Counted from the stretch's first letter, positions 1 to 9,866 are shown. The stretch: 64,000 nucleotides of DNA from Pseudomonadota bacterium (GCA_046731955.1 JBKPMC010000044.1:26157-90156); one strand, 5' to 3'. The notes: generated from the letters alone by a model not told the origin. Numbers and translations: made by a program.

Positions 1-768
1 GACACCCTCCTCGTTGTACAGCCGGCAGATACGTTCGGGCTTGTTATCGCCACAGATGACAAGCTTCAGGCCGGTGATCGCGGCTGCGTAGGGCAAGCAC
101 CAGCTGTTGGCGTGGAACATCGGTACGACCGGGAGCATGACTGACTGCGCCGATAAGTCGAATACGTCCGGCGCGATGATCGACATGGCGTGAAGCACGG
201 TCGAGCGATGCTCGTACAACACGCCCTTGGGGTGCCCGGTCGTCCCGCTAGTGTAGCAGAGACCGCACGGCGCCCTCTCGTCACCCTCGATCCAGCGATA
301 ATCGCCGTCCTCCGCGGCGAGCCACGCGTCAAAGTCGGTGTCGAAGCAAATGTAATGCTCGACGGTCGGCAACTGCGGCTTCAGCCGCTCGACGAGAGGC
401 GCGAAGGCAGCATCGTAAAGGAGTACTCGGTCCTCTGCGTGCGTGATGATGTACGTGAGCTGGTCGTCGAACAGCCGTGGATTGACGGTGTGAAGGACGC
501 CGCCAGCGCCGACCACGCCGAACCATGCCGCGAGGTGGCGATCATGGTTCATCGCCAGCGTGGCGACACGGTCTCCAGAGCGAACCCCAAGCCGTTCCAA
601 CGCCTCGGCCATGCGTCGCGCATTGTCAGCAAGCTGCTTCCAATTGGTTCGAACCGTGGTCCCGTCGGCCCGCGCGGCGACGATCTCGCGATCGCCATGC
701 TCGCGCTCGGCATGGTCCATCAACCGCATGATCCGGAGCGGCCAGTCCTGCATTGCGCCGAGTGACAT
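1..768 (-). CDS. Long-chain fatty-acid/acyl-CoA ligase (AMP-binding family), runs off the window edge
   Basis: Not in the ORF track (no stop in window). Manual translation from ATG 768 gives MSLGAMQDWPLRIMRL..., with the adenylation motif CYTSGTTGHPKGV and PMFHANSW. GGGAGG RBS upstream. Confidence 0.92.
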   Translation of the reverse strand, partial: MSLGAMQDWPLRIMRLMDHAEREHGDREIVAARADGTTVRTNWKQLADNARRMAEALERLGVRSGDRVATLAMNHDRHLAAWFGVVGAGGVLHTVNPRLFDDQLTYIITHAEDRVLLYDAAFAPLVERLKPQLPTVEHYICFDTDFDAWLAAEDGDYRWIEGDERAPCGLCYTSGTTGHPKGVLYEHRSTVLHAMSIIAPDVFDLSAQSVMLPVVPMFHANSWCLPYAAAITGLKLVICGDNKPERICRLYNEEGV

Positions 769-826
769 CGAGCGCCTCCCCATAGGGGGACGCATCATGG
801 CCCAAAAATGTCGACGCGGAAACGCC

Positions 827-1159
827 CTAGAAGGGTAGCTTGAATCCTGGCGGAAGCGGAAGAGTGCTCGACATCTTCTGCATTTCCTCGGCCGCGGCCG
901 CATCAGCCTTGCCGCGGGCATCGTTGATCGCCGCGGCGATCAGGTCCTCGAGCATTGCCTTTTCCGACTGCTGAAGCAGGCTGTCGTCGATCGCCACGCT
1001 CAGGATTCGCCCTTTGGCGGTCGCGCGGATGGTGACGAGACCGCCGCCCGCGGCGCCTTCGACCTCGACCTTCTCGAGATTGTCCTGCGCCCTCTGCAGC
1101 TCGTTCTGCGCGTTTTGCGCCATCTTAAGAATTTCATCGATGTCGGGCATTTCGGGCAT
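827..1159 (-). CDS. ybaB: YbaB/EbfC family nucleoid-associated protein
   Basis: VEGAAGGGLV and LEDLIAAAINDA motifs; directly downstream of dnaX. Confidence 0.93.
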   Translation of the reverse strand: MPEMPDIDEILKMAQNAQNELQRAQDNLEKVEVEGAAGGGLVTIRATAKGRILSVAIDDSLLQQSEKAMLEDLIAAAINDARGKADAAAAEEMQKMSSTLPLPPGFKLPF

Positions 1160-1160
1160 A

Positions 1161-2795
1161 TCAGCTGCCTTTGGTTGAATAGGTTTCGAGCTCTGCGCCG
1201 GGGAATGCGTCCATCACTGCCCGGACATTGGGATCGGTAAGCACATCGGCGCGAACGCGTTCCTCGGCGATTTTCTCCTGGTCGAGCAACGACGGCTCGC
1301 CCGGCTCGTCCGACAACGCGACCTGCCAGCTGACGCCAGTAATGGACTTAAGCGCGGCCGCAAGGTCCCGCGACCAGTCGGCGCCGAGCGGGCGCATCAG
1401 CTTCAGCACGAGCTCGGGCGGCGCGTAGCGGACCGGCCCCACCTGGTCGTGGAGCTGCTGGGCGAGCAGATGCCTGCCGCTCTGCTCAATCGCCTTCACG
1501 ACCGCCGGAAAATCGGGCGGGAGCGTTGCCGTGGGGCCGGACGGCTTTGCAGTCGGCGCGGAGGTGGGCGCGGCCGCTGCCTCTCCCCCACTAAGCCGCG
1601 CCATGAGCGTCGCCGGATCGGGCAGGTCGGCGGCGTGGATGAGGCGCAGCAGCGCCATTTCGGCCGCCTCGCGCGGGTCGGGCGCGACGTCGACGTCCTG
1701 CAGGCCCTTGAGCAGCATCTGCCACAGGCGGTGGATCGTACCCCAAGACAGCGCTTCCGCCATCCGTTGGGCAGCTTCGCGCTCTTCGGCGGATTGGAGA
1801 GCGTCGGCGGTCGCGCCAGCCTTGGCGCGGGTCACCGAATGCAGCGATTCCATGAGTCCGCGCAGGAGTTGTGTTGGGTCGATCCCGAGCTCATGCGCCT
1901 CGTCAAGCTCGGCCAGCGCCGCATTGGCGTCGCCCGAGAGCACGAGCTGGAGCAGCCGGCGAATGCGGCCGCGATCAGCGAGGCCCAGCATGTCGCGAAC
2001 CTGCTCCGCTGTCACCGTGCCCGCCCCATGCGCGATCGCCTGGTCGAGGATCGACAGCCCGTCGCGCGCCGAGCCCTCCGCCGCCCTGGCGATCATTCCG
2101 AGCGCTTCCGGCTCTACGTCCACGCCTTCCGCTTGGGAGACCTCGGCATAATGTGCTGCGAGCTTCTCGGCCGGAATGCGCCTCAAGTCGAAGCGCTGGC
2201 AGCGCGACAGCACCGTCACCGGCACCTTGTTGACCTCGGTCGTCGCAAAAAGGAACTTCACATGCTCAGGCGGTTCCTCAAGAGTCTTGAGCAAGGCATT
2301 GAAAGCAGCCTTGGAAAGCATGTGAACTTCGTCGATGATGTAGATTTTGTATCGGGCGCTGACCGAGGCATAGCGGACCGCGTCGATGATTTCTCGGATG
2401 TCGTCGATGCCGGTGTGGCTGGCGGCATCCATCTCGATCACGTCGATGTGCCGCCCTTCGGAGATAGCGCGGCACGGTTCGCAGATGTTGCAAGGCGTGA
2501 TCGTCGGGCCACCCTGCCCGTCCGGACCGACGCAGTTGAGCGCCTTGGCGATCAGCCGCGCCGTCGAGGTCTTGCCGACTCCCCGTACGCCTGTGAGCAG
2601 GAAGGCATGGGCGATCCGTCCGCGGGCGATCGCGTTGGCGAGCGTCTTCACCATCGCATCCTGGCCGATCAGCTCGTCGAAGGTCTGCGGGCGGTATTTG
2701 CGTGCGAGCACGCGATAAGCCGAAACCGCCGCGATCGGTTGCGGTACTTCCGGTAAGTCGAGGCCCAGACCGGGCGATTCGGCGTCGTCCATCAA
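1161..2795 (-). CDS. dnaX: DNA polymerase III subunit gamma/tau
   Basis: LARKYRPQTF, Walker A GVRGVGKT, IIDEVHML, SRCQRF. Confidence 0.98.
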   Translation of the reverse strand: MMDDAESPGLGLDLPEVPQPIAAVSAYRVLARKYRPQTFDELIGQDAMVKTLANAIARGRIAHAFLLTGVRGVGKTSTARLIAKALNCVGPDGQGGPTITPCNICEPCRAISEGRHIDVIEMDAASHTGIDDIREIIDAVRYASVSARYKIYIIDEVHMLSKAAFNALLKTLEEPPEHVKFLFATTEVNKVPVTVLSRCQRFDLRRIPAEKLAAHYAEVSQAEGVDVEPEALGMIARAAEGSARDGLSILDQAIAHGAGTVTAEQVRDMLGLADRGRIRRLLQLVLSGDANAALAELDEAHELGIDPTQLLRGLMESLHSVTRAKAGATADALQSAEEREAAQRMAEALSWGTIHRLWQMLLKGLQDVDVAPDPREAAEMALLRLIHAADLPDPATLMARLSGGEAAAAPTSAPTAKPSGPTATLPPDFPAVVKAIEQSGRHLLAQQLHDQVGPVRYAPPELVLKLMRPLGADWSRDLAAALKSITGVSWQVALSDEPGEPSLLDQEKIAEERVRADVLTDPNVRAVMDAFPGAELETYSTKGS

Positions 2796-2879
2796 TGGTG
2801 GTTTAGGGCCAGTCGGCCGTCATTGTCTTGCATCAATCACCCGCCACCGCGAATGGCACACGGAGAAGGAGAAGCACGG

Positions 2880-3306
2880 ATGCGATCATGCAACCTCTTT
2901 CTTTACGCCTTTGGCCGCTGCGATCATGGGCCTTAGCCTGCCGGTCCGCGCTTCCGCCGCCGAACGGCTTTGCCCGCTCGGCGGCATCCAGCAACTCCGA
3001 ATCTACGAGATCTTCGAGCGCAACAAGCCAGCCTTCCACGCCCGCTTTCGAGACCATGCGACACGGATCATGAAGCGCTACGGCTTCGACGTCGTGGCAA
3101 TGTGGGAAACGAAACAGAGCGACCGGACCGAATTCGTCTACCTGCTGCAATGGCCGGACGAGGCAACGATGAAGCGCCAGTGGAATGCCTTTTTGGCAGA
3201 CAAGGAATGGTCGAGGATCAAGAAGGAATGGGCCGCAGTCCACGGTCAGGCGGTCGGCGACATTCAGGATCGCACGCTGAAGCCCACTGATTATTCGCCT
3301 TGTTGA
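2880..3306 (+). CDS. Secreted NIPSNAP family protein, with an apparent 1-nt frameshift near 2910
   Basis: QLRIYEI...FHARFRDH...FVYLLQW pattern. AGGAGA RBS plus ATG 2880 are one base out of frame with the track ORF 2911..3306. Confidence 0.75.
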
Positions 3307-3307
3307 G

Positions 3308-3397
3308 AGGTGGAAGCCGACGACCCGGCACGAAATCGTTGTGGCTGCTTCCTTCCGGACCTGACCAGGTTGGCGACAGCGCCGTCCGCCGACTTCC
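3308..3397 (-). ncRNA. ffs: Signal recognition particle 4.5S RNA
   Basis: Minus strand contains the SRP signature CAGGTCCGGAAGGAAGCAG, with complementary ends GGAAGTCGGCG / CGTCGGCTTCC. Lies upstream of dnaX. Confidence 0.95.
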
Positions 3398-3517
3398 GGG
3401 CGCGCATATGGGTGAAGTAGTGCAGGCATGCAAGTTCATGTTCGGACCGGCTGTTTCTTCATCTCACGTTGACCGATAGCGGAAGAAGCGCGGCCTCTCT
3501 TCGCGGGAGCTCTGCCC

Positions 3518-4288
3518 ATGGTTCCTCCACTCATGCTCGTTGCCGCGGTTTCGGCCATGCAGGCGGCGACCCCGGCGCCTCCATCACAGACGGCTACTCC
3601 TTCGGTCGGACAGCCATTCAGTCGGCAACGCGTCGGTCGCGGGTTCATGAGCCCCATGGGGGAACCCTTCTTCGGTCGCCGACCGGGCGAAGACGGGCTC
3701 AGTGTCTGGTTTGAGCAGGCGGACGGGAACCACGACGGAATGCTGACGATCGACGAGCTGGAACAGGATGCTAAGCGCTTCTTCCTTACCCTCGACACCG
3801 ATCACGACGGCGAAATCGATCCGGACGAGATCACGCACTACGAGGATGTGATCGCGCCGCAAGTTCGGACCGGTCCGATTGCGACCGATGCGTCGATCGG
3901 AGACAGCCGGCCGCAAGAGCGCGGCCGAGGCGGACGGCCGCCCCGCGGCGGCAGGCATGGCGGCCACGGCGGCGCCTTCGATTTTGGAGGGTTCGATGAC
4001 GAAGCTGGGGCCGGTCGCTTCGGCCTGCTCCAGATCCCCGAGCCCGTTGCCTCGGCCGACAGCAACTTCAACCGCGGCGTCTCGAGTGACGAATTCCAGC
4101 ATGCGGCGGTTTCGCGTTTCGAACTGTTGGACATCAATCACACCGGGCGCCTCACGCTTGCGCAGCTGCAAGCTTTCCGGCAGGCCGCCTCCGCGGCTGC
4201 GAGGGGTGGACGAAGGCCCGCCTCGGGAGATCAGGCCGGCCCGGACGAGAGCGTCTCCCCTTCTTCGATACCAATCGCGGGTAACTAG
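3518..4288 (+). CDS. Secreted EF-hand domain protein
   Basis: Signal-peptide-like N-terminus; EF loops DGNHDGMLTIDE, DTDHDGEIDPDE, DINHTGRLT. Confidence 0.8.
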   Translation: MVPPLMLVAAVSAMQAATPAPPSQTATPSVGQPFSRQRVGRGFMSPMGEPFFGRRPGEDGLSVWFEQADGNHDGMLTIDELEQDAKRFFLTLDTDHDGEIDPDEITHYEDVIAPQVRTGPIATDASIGDSRPQERGRGGRPPRGGRHGGHGGAFDFGGFDDEAGAGRFGLLQIPEPVASADSNFNRGVSSDEFQHAAVSRFELLDINHTGRLTLAQLQAFRQAASAAARGGRRPASGDQAGPDESVSPSSIPIAGN

Positions 4289-4396
4289 CAGCTCGCGCCA
4301 ACCGCAGGATCGAGCAGATCTTGATCGTCCCTGGCCTTCATGACCCGTTCACGCGCAGAGGAGGACGTCTGCGCAGCTAGCCGGAGGCCCGCCTGA

Positions 4397-5125
4397 ATGC
4401 CCTTTTTTGCCGTGGTCTTCCCGATCCTAGCTTCGGTCGCCCAGGCAGCGGAGCCGCCGATTACCGTTACGGGCCGCCCGTGGGCGCCCTTCATCAGCCC
4501 GATGGGAGAGCCGTTTCGTGCCCGCGCGGCAGGCGACGACACGCTCGCCCGCTGGTTCCATCAGGCCGATCGCAATCAGGATGGAATGCTCACGTCCGAT
4601 GAGATGCAGGCTGATGCGGACCGCTTCTTCGCGACGCTCGACACCGACCACAATGGCGCGATCGAGCCGGAGGAGCTCGTGCAATACGAATGGGAACTCG
4701 CTCCCGAAATTCAGGTCGGGTCGAGGTGGAAACGGGTCCGCCCTGCTCCACCCGGTGAAAAAGCCAGCGCCAGCGAGCGCCAACGTGGCAACGGGAAGCG
4801 GCGAGAAGGCGGCAATCAGGTCTTTGACAGCCGAACCAGCGACGGCCTGGAACACGGCTTACAGGGTGCTGCCAGGTACTCGCTGCTCAACATGCCGGAA
4901 CCTGTCGTTGGCGCCGATGCCGACTTCAACAGGGCGATAACGCTAGAAGAATTCAGGGCCGCTGCGATCTATCGGTTCCAGCTGCTCGACAGTAAGCGGC
5001 AGGGCAGGCTCACTCTGCAGGAGCTTGCTACGCTCCTCCCGCCTCCACCCAAGCCGGGCCGACGCATCAAGCAGAAGGAGGCCGTCGACACGCGCGTCGG
5101 CAATCCGCTGCCGCCCGGCGACTAG
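4397..5125 (+). CDS. Secreted EF-hand domain protein (paralog of 3518..4288)
   Basis: EF loops DRNQDGMLTSDE, DTDHNGAIEPEE, DADFNRAITLEE; shares the SPMGEPF and PEPV motifs. Confidence 0.8.
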   Translation: MPFFAVVFPILASVAQAAEPPITVTGRPWAPFISPMGEPFRARAAGDDTLARWFHQADRNQDGMLTSDEMQADADRFFATLDTDHNGAIEPEELVQYEWELAPEIQVGSRWKRVRPAPPGEKASASERQRGNGKRREGGNQVFDSRTSDGLEHGLQGAARYSLLNMPEPVVGADADFNRAITLEEFRAAAIYRFQLLDSKRQGRLTLQELATLLPPPPKPGRRIKQKEAVDTRVGNPLPPGD

Positions 5126-5457
5126 CGCCCCATCCAATTCGTTGCGCCCGCCGGGATCCGGACGGTTAGCGACTTCATATCCTCGGTCAGGATGATCTGG
5201 CAGGCGAGCCGCGACGTCCGCGTCGCATGGGCCGCGAGATCGAGCAGATCCTCCTCCTCCTCCGTCGCCGGCGGCAATCTTTCGAAATCCTCGGAGTCGA
5301 CGATCACATGGCAGGTCGAGCACGCCATCACACCTTCGCAGGCGCCTTCGAGCGGCTCTCGAGCCGCCCAGGCCACGTCGAGCAGCCGTTGCCCCGGCTC
5401 CGCTTCCACTTCCTTGTCGAGCGTTCCGTCAGCCCGGAAAAACCGCACCAGGGTCAC
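5122..5457 (-). CDS. fdx: 2Fe-2S ferredoxin (adrenodoxin/ISC type)
   Basis: GACEGVMACSTCHV and SRLACQI; overlaps the upstream desulfurase stop. Confidence 0.93.
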   Translation of the reverse strand: MTLVRFFRADGTLDKEVEAEPGQRLLDVAWAAREPLEGACEGVMACSTCHVIVDSEDFERLPPATEEEEDLLDLAAHATRTSRLACQIILTEDMKSLTVRIPAGATNWMGR

Positions 5458-6581
5458 GCGTCGAGCTTCTCCTGTGCGACCGCCGCCGCGGCGATCCGCT
5501 TGCAGGCGTCCACCAGCTCCTGCTGCTTGGTGTAGCGGCCGAAGCCGAGGCGGATCGAGGAGCGCGCCTCGCGATAGTCGAGCCCGAGCGCGCGGAGCAC
5601 ATGGCTAGGCCGCCCTGAGCCGCTCGCGCATGCGGATCCAAGCGAGAAGGCGATGTCGCGAAGGTCAGCGATCAGCCGCGCGGCGTCGACGCCCTCTCGG
5701 CGGATGTTGAGGTTGCCGTGGTAGCGGTGCGCGATATCGCCGTTGATCGTCCAGCCCGGGCCAAGCGCTCGCTCCGCGGCGGTCCAGAGCTTCTGCACGT
5801 GATCATAATCGCGGGTCGTGCGCTCATCGGCGAGTTTGGCGGCCGCGCCAAAACCGACGCATAGCGCCGGCGACAATGTGCCGGAGCGCAGCCCCTGCTC
5901 CTGCCCGCCGCCATGGATGAACGGCGCGGGCTCTTTGCCCTTGCGCATCCACAGGGCGCCCACGCCCTTGGGGCCGTGGATCTTGTGAGCCGAAACGGCG
6001 ACCAGATCGGGTCCCTTGCAGAGTTCGACTCGGCCGAGCGCCTGAACCGCGTCGCACAGCATCAGTGCACCGCAGCCATGGGCCATGTGCGCGATCTCCG
6101 AAATCGGCTGGGTAACACCGATCTCATTGTTCACCTGCATCACCGCGACCAGCAGCACGCGCTTGTCGAGCTCGCGCTCGAGGTCTTCGAGGTCGAGGCG
6201 CCCGTCGCTCCGGACCGGAAGGACGGTGAGGTCAACGCCCTGCGCGGCTAGCCACTCGCACGTGTCGAGCACAGCGGCATGCTCGGTCGCCACCGTGACG
6301 ATCCGGTTGCGCTTTGAACCCGCCGCGCGGGCTTTCTCGACCGTGCCCTTGAGCCCCCAGTTCAGCGCCTCGGTCGCGCTTCCGGTGAAAGCGACGCTTC
6401 CTCCCTTGAGCCCGATCGACTTTTCGACGTGCTTGCGGGCAACCTCGATTGCCGCTGACGCCTCATGCCCCCAGCGCGATGGCGAATGCGGGTTGGCGAA
6501 TTTCTCCTCGATCCACGGACCCATTGCCTTGGCGACTTCCGGCGCGACCGGCGTAGTGGCCTGATAGTCGAGGTAGATCAT
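5454..6581 (-). CDS. iscS: Cysteine desulfurase (IscS/NifS class)
   Basis: MIYLDYQATTP, SAHKIHGPKG (PLP Lys), GSACASG (catalytic Cys). Start re-called at the ATGA overlap. Confidence 0.92.
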   Translation of the reverse strand: MIYLDYQATTPVAPEVAKAMGPWIEEKFANPHSPSRWGHEASAAIEVARKHVEKSIGLKGGSVAFTGSATEALNWGLKGTVEKARAAGSKRNRIVTVATEHAAVLDTCEWLAAQGVDLTVLPVRSDGRLDLEDLERELDKRVLLVAVMQVNNEIGVTQPISEIAHMAHGCGALMLCDAVQALGRVELCKGPDLVAVSAHKIHGPKGVGALWMRKGKEPAPFIHGGGQEQGLRSGTLSPALCVGFGAAAKLADERTTRDYDHVQKLWTAAERALGPGWTINGDIAHRYHGNLNIRREGVDAARLIADLRDIAFSLGSACASGSGRPSHVLRALGLDYREARSSIRLGFGRYTKQQELVDACKRIAAAAVAQEKLDA

Positions 6582-7687
6582 GCGGCCTCGGCCTTGGCGC
6601 GTCCCTTGATGCGCCGCCACTCGGTGGTGAATCTTTCAACATCGCGCTCGTCGGTGGTCGGGCCGAAGCTCACGCGAATAACGGAAGCGGCGGTGTCCTG
6701 CGGCACGCCCATCGCGGCGAGGACTCGGCTTGGCTTCATGCTGCCCGACGAGCAAGCGCTCCCGGCCGAGACGGAAATTCCGGCAAGGTCGAGCTGGACG
6801 AGCTGACTGGCGCTCGCGACTCCGGGCGCGGCATAGGCGCCGATAGTTGCGATTCGGGGGGCCTCTGCCGCGATCACCAGGCCACCGGCGGCGACGACCT
6901 CCTGTTCCAGTCGCTGACGCAGAGCCGCAAGCCGCGGCATCGCCTCGGCAAAGGCCCGGCGCGTGAGCGCCGCCGCCATGCCTGCAACCGCTGGCAGGTT
7001 CTCGGTGCCGCGGCGATATCCCCGCTCCTGCCCTCCACTGGCTTCGAGCGTGCCGAGATCCTTGATCAGCAGTGCCCCAACGCCCGGAGGTCCGCCGAAC
7101 TTGTGACCAGAAATCGCGATGAAATCAGCATCGGGGAGGGGAATCTTGCCTGCGCCCTGCGCGCAATCGGCGAGCAATAGCGAGCCGGCCGCGCGTACAA
7201 GCTCGTTGATTTGCTCCAGCGGTTGAATCACGCCGGTCTCGTTGTTGACCTGCTGGATGGCGACGACCCCAGGGCCACTCGCCAACTCCTCTTCCAAGAC
7301 GCGGAGGTCGATCAATCCCCGGGCGTCGACCGGCAGAATTGCTGAGTCAGCCCCCATCGCCGCGACAACTGCGTCATGCTCAGTTGACCCAAGGACGCGC
7401 TGATCGACCTTCGCGCGACACGCTGCGATCTGGATCGCTTCGCTCGCGCCCGAGGTCAGGATGACGTCATGCCGCCAACCCAGCGCATCGGCGATCGCCC
7501 GCCGCGCTTCCTCGAGTGCCGCCCGCGCCTTCCGCCCGTCGCCATGGGGCGAGCTCGGGTTCGCCCAGCTCTCCAGCGCACGCGCCATCGCATCGCGCGC
7601 TTCAGGCAGCACGAGCGTGGTTGCTGCATGGTCGAGGTAAAGGCGGTCGGGCGAGTTCAAAAGCGCGGGATTCCTGCCGATTGCCAC
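6578..7687 (-). CDS. Cysteine desulfurase family protein (second copy)
   Basis: LYLDHAATT, SGHKFGGPPG, SAGSACSSG. Start codon uncertain. Confidence 0.88.
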   Translation of the reverse strand: MAIGRNPALLNSPDRLYLDHAATTLVLPEARDAMARALESWANPSSPHGDGRKARAALEEARRAIADALGWRHDVILTSGASEAIQIAACRAKVDQRVLGSTEHDAVVAAMGADSAILPVDARGLIDLRVLEEELASGPGVVAIQQVNNETGVIQPLEQINELVRAAGSLLLADCAQGAGKIPLPDADFIAISGHKFGGPPGVGALLIKDLGTLEASGGQERGYRRGTENLPAVAGMAAALTRRAFAEAMPRLAALRQRLEQEVVAAGGLVIAAEAPRIATIGAYAAPGVASASQLVQLDLAGISVSAGSACSSGSMKPSRVLAAMGVPQDTAASVIRVSFGPTTDERDVERFTTEWRRIKGRAKAEAA

Positions 7688-7770
7688 ATGAACGAGCGCC
7701 CCTATATAGAACGCAACGCCGCTGCGCACCCGCGCTCGCGGCTTTCAGTCGTACGCGAGCACCTGCATCC

Positions 7771-8454
7771 ATGCCCGAAGTCATTTTCCCCGGCCCCGAG
7801 GGACGCCTCGAAGGACGGTTTCATCCCGGCACCCGCCCCCGCGCCCCCGTCGCCCTGATCCTGCACTCCCACCCGCAGGCGGGGGGGACGATGAACAACA
7901 AGATCGTCCAGCTACTTTACCAGACGTTCGTCCGGCGCGGCTTCGCGACCCTGCGCTTCAATTTCCGCGGAGTCGGCAAGAGCCAGGGTGTGTTCGACAA
8001 CGGCATCGGCGAGCTTTCCGACGCCGCGTCAGCACTCGACTGGGTCCAGCAAATCCATCCCGAAGCCGAGACGACCTGGGTCGCGGGAGTCAGCTTCGGC
8101 GCCTGGATCGGCATGCAGCTCTTGATGCGGCGCCCGGAAATTCGCGGCTTCATCTCGATTGCTCCGCCTGCGAACATGTACGACTTCAGCTTCCTCGCGC
8201 CCTGCCCGTCGTCCGGGATCATCATACAAGGCGAAGCCGACGAGGTTGTGACTCCGAGCGCGGTCCAGAAGCTGGTCGACAAGCTCAGGACCCAGCGCCA
8301 CATCACCATCCATCACGACCTGATCCCCGGCGCGAACCATTTCTTCGCCAACGAACTCGACCTCCTGATGAAGTCGACCGACGATTATCTCGACATGCGT
8401 CTCGCCACCGACCCGGTAAAGCCCGCTATACCGTCCAGATCATCACGTTCATGA
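7771..8454 (+). CDS. Alpha/beta hydrolase (alphaproteobacterial, iscS-adjacent family)
   Basis: MPEVIFPGPEGRLEGRF, HSHPQAGGTMNN, nucleophile elbow GVSFG, GANHFF. Confidence 0.9.
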   Translation: MPEVIFPGPEGRLEGRFHPGTRPRAPVALILHSHPQAGGTMNNKIVQLLYQTFVRRGFATLRFNFRGVGKSQGVFDNGIGELSDAASALDWVQQIHPEAETTWVAGVSFGAWIGMQLLMRRPEIRGFISIAPPANMYDFSFLAPCPSSGIIIQGEADEVVTPSAVQKLVDKLRTQRHITIHHDLIPGANHFFANELDLLMKSTDDYLDMRLATDPVKPAIPSRSSRS

Positions 8455-8593
8455 CGAGCACGACCGCCGCGACGATCATCAGTACGCCGCGGCCCCTCGT
8501 CTGACGATCCAGCATCAGCTTCATTCCGCCTACCAAAAGGAGGAAGCCGGCGACCATGGCGCCGGCCATCGCAACCGATGAAAAATTCCCCAT
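8426..8593 (-). CDS. Small two-TM membrane protein
   Basis: Two hydrophobic segments separated by DRQTRGR; GAGGGA RBS before ATG 8593. Confidence 0.6.
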   Translation of the reverse strand: MGNFSSVAMAGAMVAGFLLLVGGMKLMLDRQTRGRGVLMIVAAVVLVMNVMIWTV

Positions 8594-8646
8594 TTCTTCC
8601 CTCAATTTCACGAAGGCTTAACCAAGAACCGTCCAGATTGACGGCC

Positions 8647-8901
8647 ATGCCAGTGGCCGAACAGCAGCAGCGCCTCGACGAGGCGTTCGAGCGAATCGAG
8701 GAGACGATCCTGCCGTGCATCGCAATGATGCTCGAAACTCTGATCGATGCCTCCGAATCCGTCGCCGAGAACGAGCGCCGCTTTCTCGCCGCCGAGCTGA
8801 AGACGCTCGCCGCCGAGCTCGAGGAGCTGACCAAGGCGGTCGAGCGGTCGAGCCCGGTCCATGTCGAGCCGGGCGAATATCGCGCAAGAGGCGCCGCCTA
8901 A
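8647..8901 (+). CDS. Hypothetical helical protein
   Basis: Amphipathic coiled-coil-like sequence with high-GC3 codon usage. Confidence 0.6.
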   Translation: MPVAEQQQRLDEAFERIEETILPCIAMMLETLIDASESVAENERRFLAAELKTLAAELEELTKAVERSSPVHVEPGEYRARGAA

Positions 8902-9866
8902 GCCGCTTCTACGACGATCCGCGCGTGCAGCGCCGGATCGACATTCCCACCCGATAGCACCAGCACCGTATCCTCCAGTGCCGCGAGCTTGCCACTCAGC
9001 AGCGCAGCCAGCGCCACTGCACCGCCTGGCTCGACCACCAGCCCATGACGATCCCAGGCAAAGCGCACAGCCTCGGCCACTTCCGGGTCGCTGACCGACA
9101 GCGCGTGTGCGTTGCGGGCCTGGAGGATACCGAAGGTGATGGGCGAGACCCGCGGGGTCTGCAGCGCGTCGCAGAAGGTGTTGGGTGCATCCGGCGGAAC
9201 CGGCACGATCTCACCGAGCTCGAGCGAGCGCGCCATGTCGTCCCAGCCTTCGGGCTCGACGATCACGATCTCCGCATCGCGCGCTGCCAGCGCGATTCCC
9301 GAGGCGAGTCCGCCACCTCCGCAGGGGACAACGATCCTTGGCGGCGCGCCTTCACTCTGCTCTGCAAATTGCTCGAGTATCTCGAGCCCGGCCGTGCCTT
9401 GGCCCGCTACGATCGCCGGATCGTCGAAACTCGGCACGACGGTCGCCCCGATCTCCTCTGAAATCTTCGCGGCGATCTCCTCGCGGCTCTCGGTCCGCCG
9501 GTCATAGAAGATAATCTCCGCTCCCTCACCGTGTGTGCCGTCCACCTTCACTTGCGGAGCGTCGGACGGCATCACAATCACTGCGGGAATGCCGAGGCGC
9601 CGGGCCGCGATCGCCACGCCGCGCGCGTGATTACCCGACGAGAAAGCGACGACGCCGCGCTCACGCTCTTCCGGCGACAATTGGAGAAGCCGGTTCGTCG
9701 CACCCCTCAGCTTGAAAGCGCCGCCCGTTTGAAGGCACTCGCATTTTAGCCAGATTCGGGTGCCCTGGACTTCGCTCTCCAGGAGCGGAGTGCGCTCGAC
9801 CAACCCGGCAATTCGTTGCCCGGCGGTGATCACATCATCGCGGATCACCAGAGGAAGTGTATCCAA
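8898..9866 (-). CDS. Threonine/serine dehydratase family PLP enzyme
   Basis: KCECLQTGGAFKLRGA, FSSGNHA, PCGGGGL, LSGGNVD. Start uncertain (TTG). Confidence 0.9.
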   Translation of the reverse strand: MDTLPLVIRDDVITAGQRIAGLVERTPLLESEVQGTRIWLKCECLQTGGAFKLRGATNRLLQLSPEERERGVVAFSSGNHARGVAIAARRLGIPAVIVMPSDAPQVKVDGTHGEGAEIIFYDRRTESREEIAAKISEEIGATVVPSFDDPAIVAGQGTAGLEILEQFAEQSEGAPPRIVVPCGGGGLASGIALAARDAEIVIVEPEGWDDMARSLELGEIVPVPPDAPNTFCDALQTPRVSPITFGILQARNAHALSVSDPEVAEAVRFAWDRHGLVVEPGGAVALAALLSGKLAALEDTVLVLSGGNVDPALHARIVVEAA

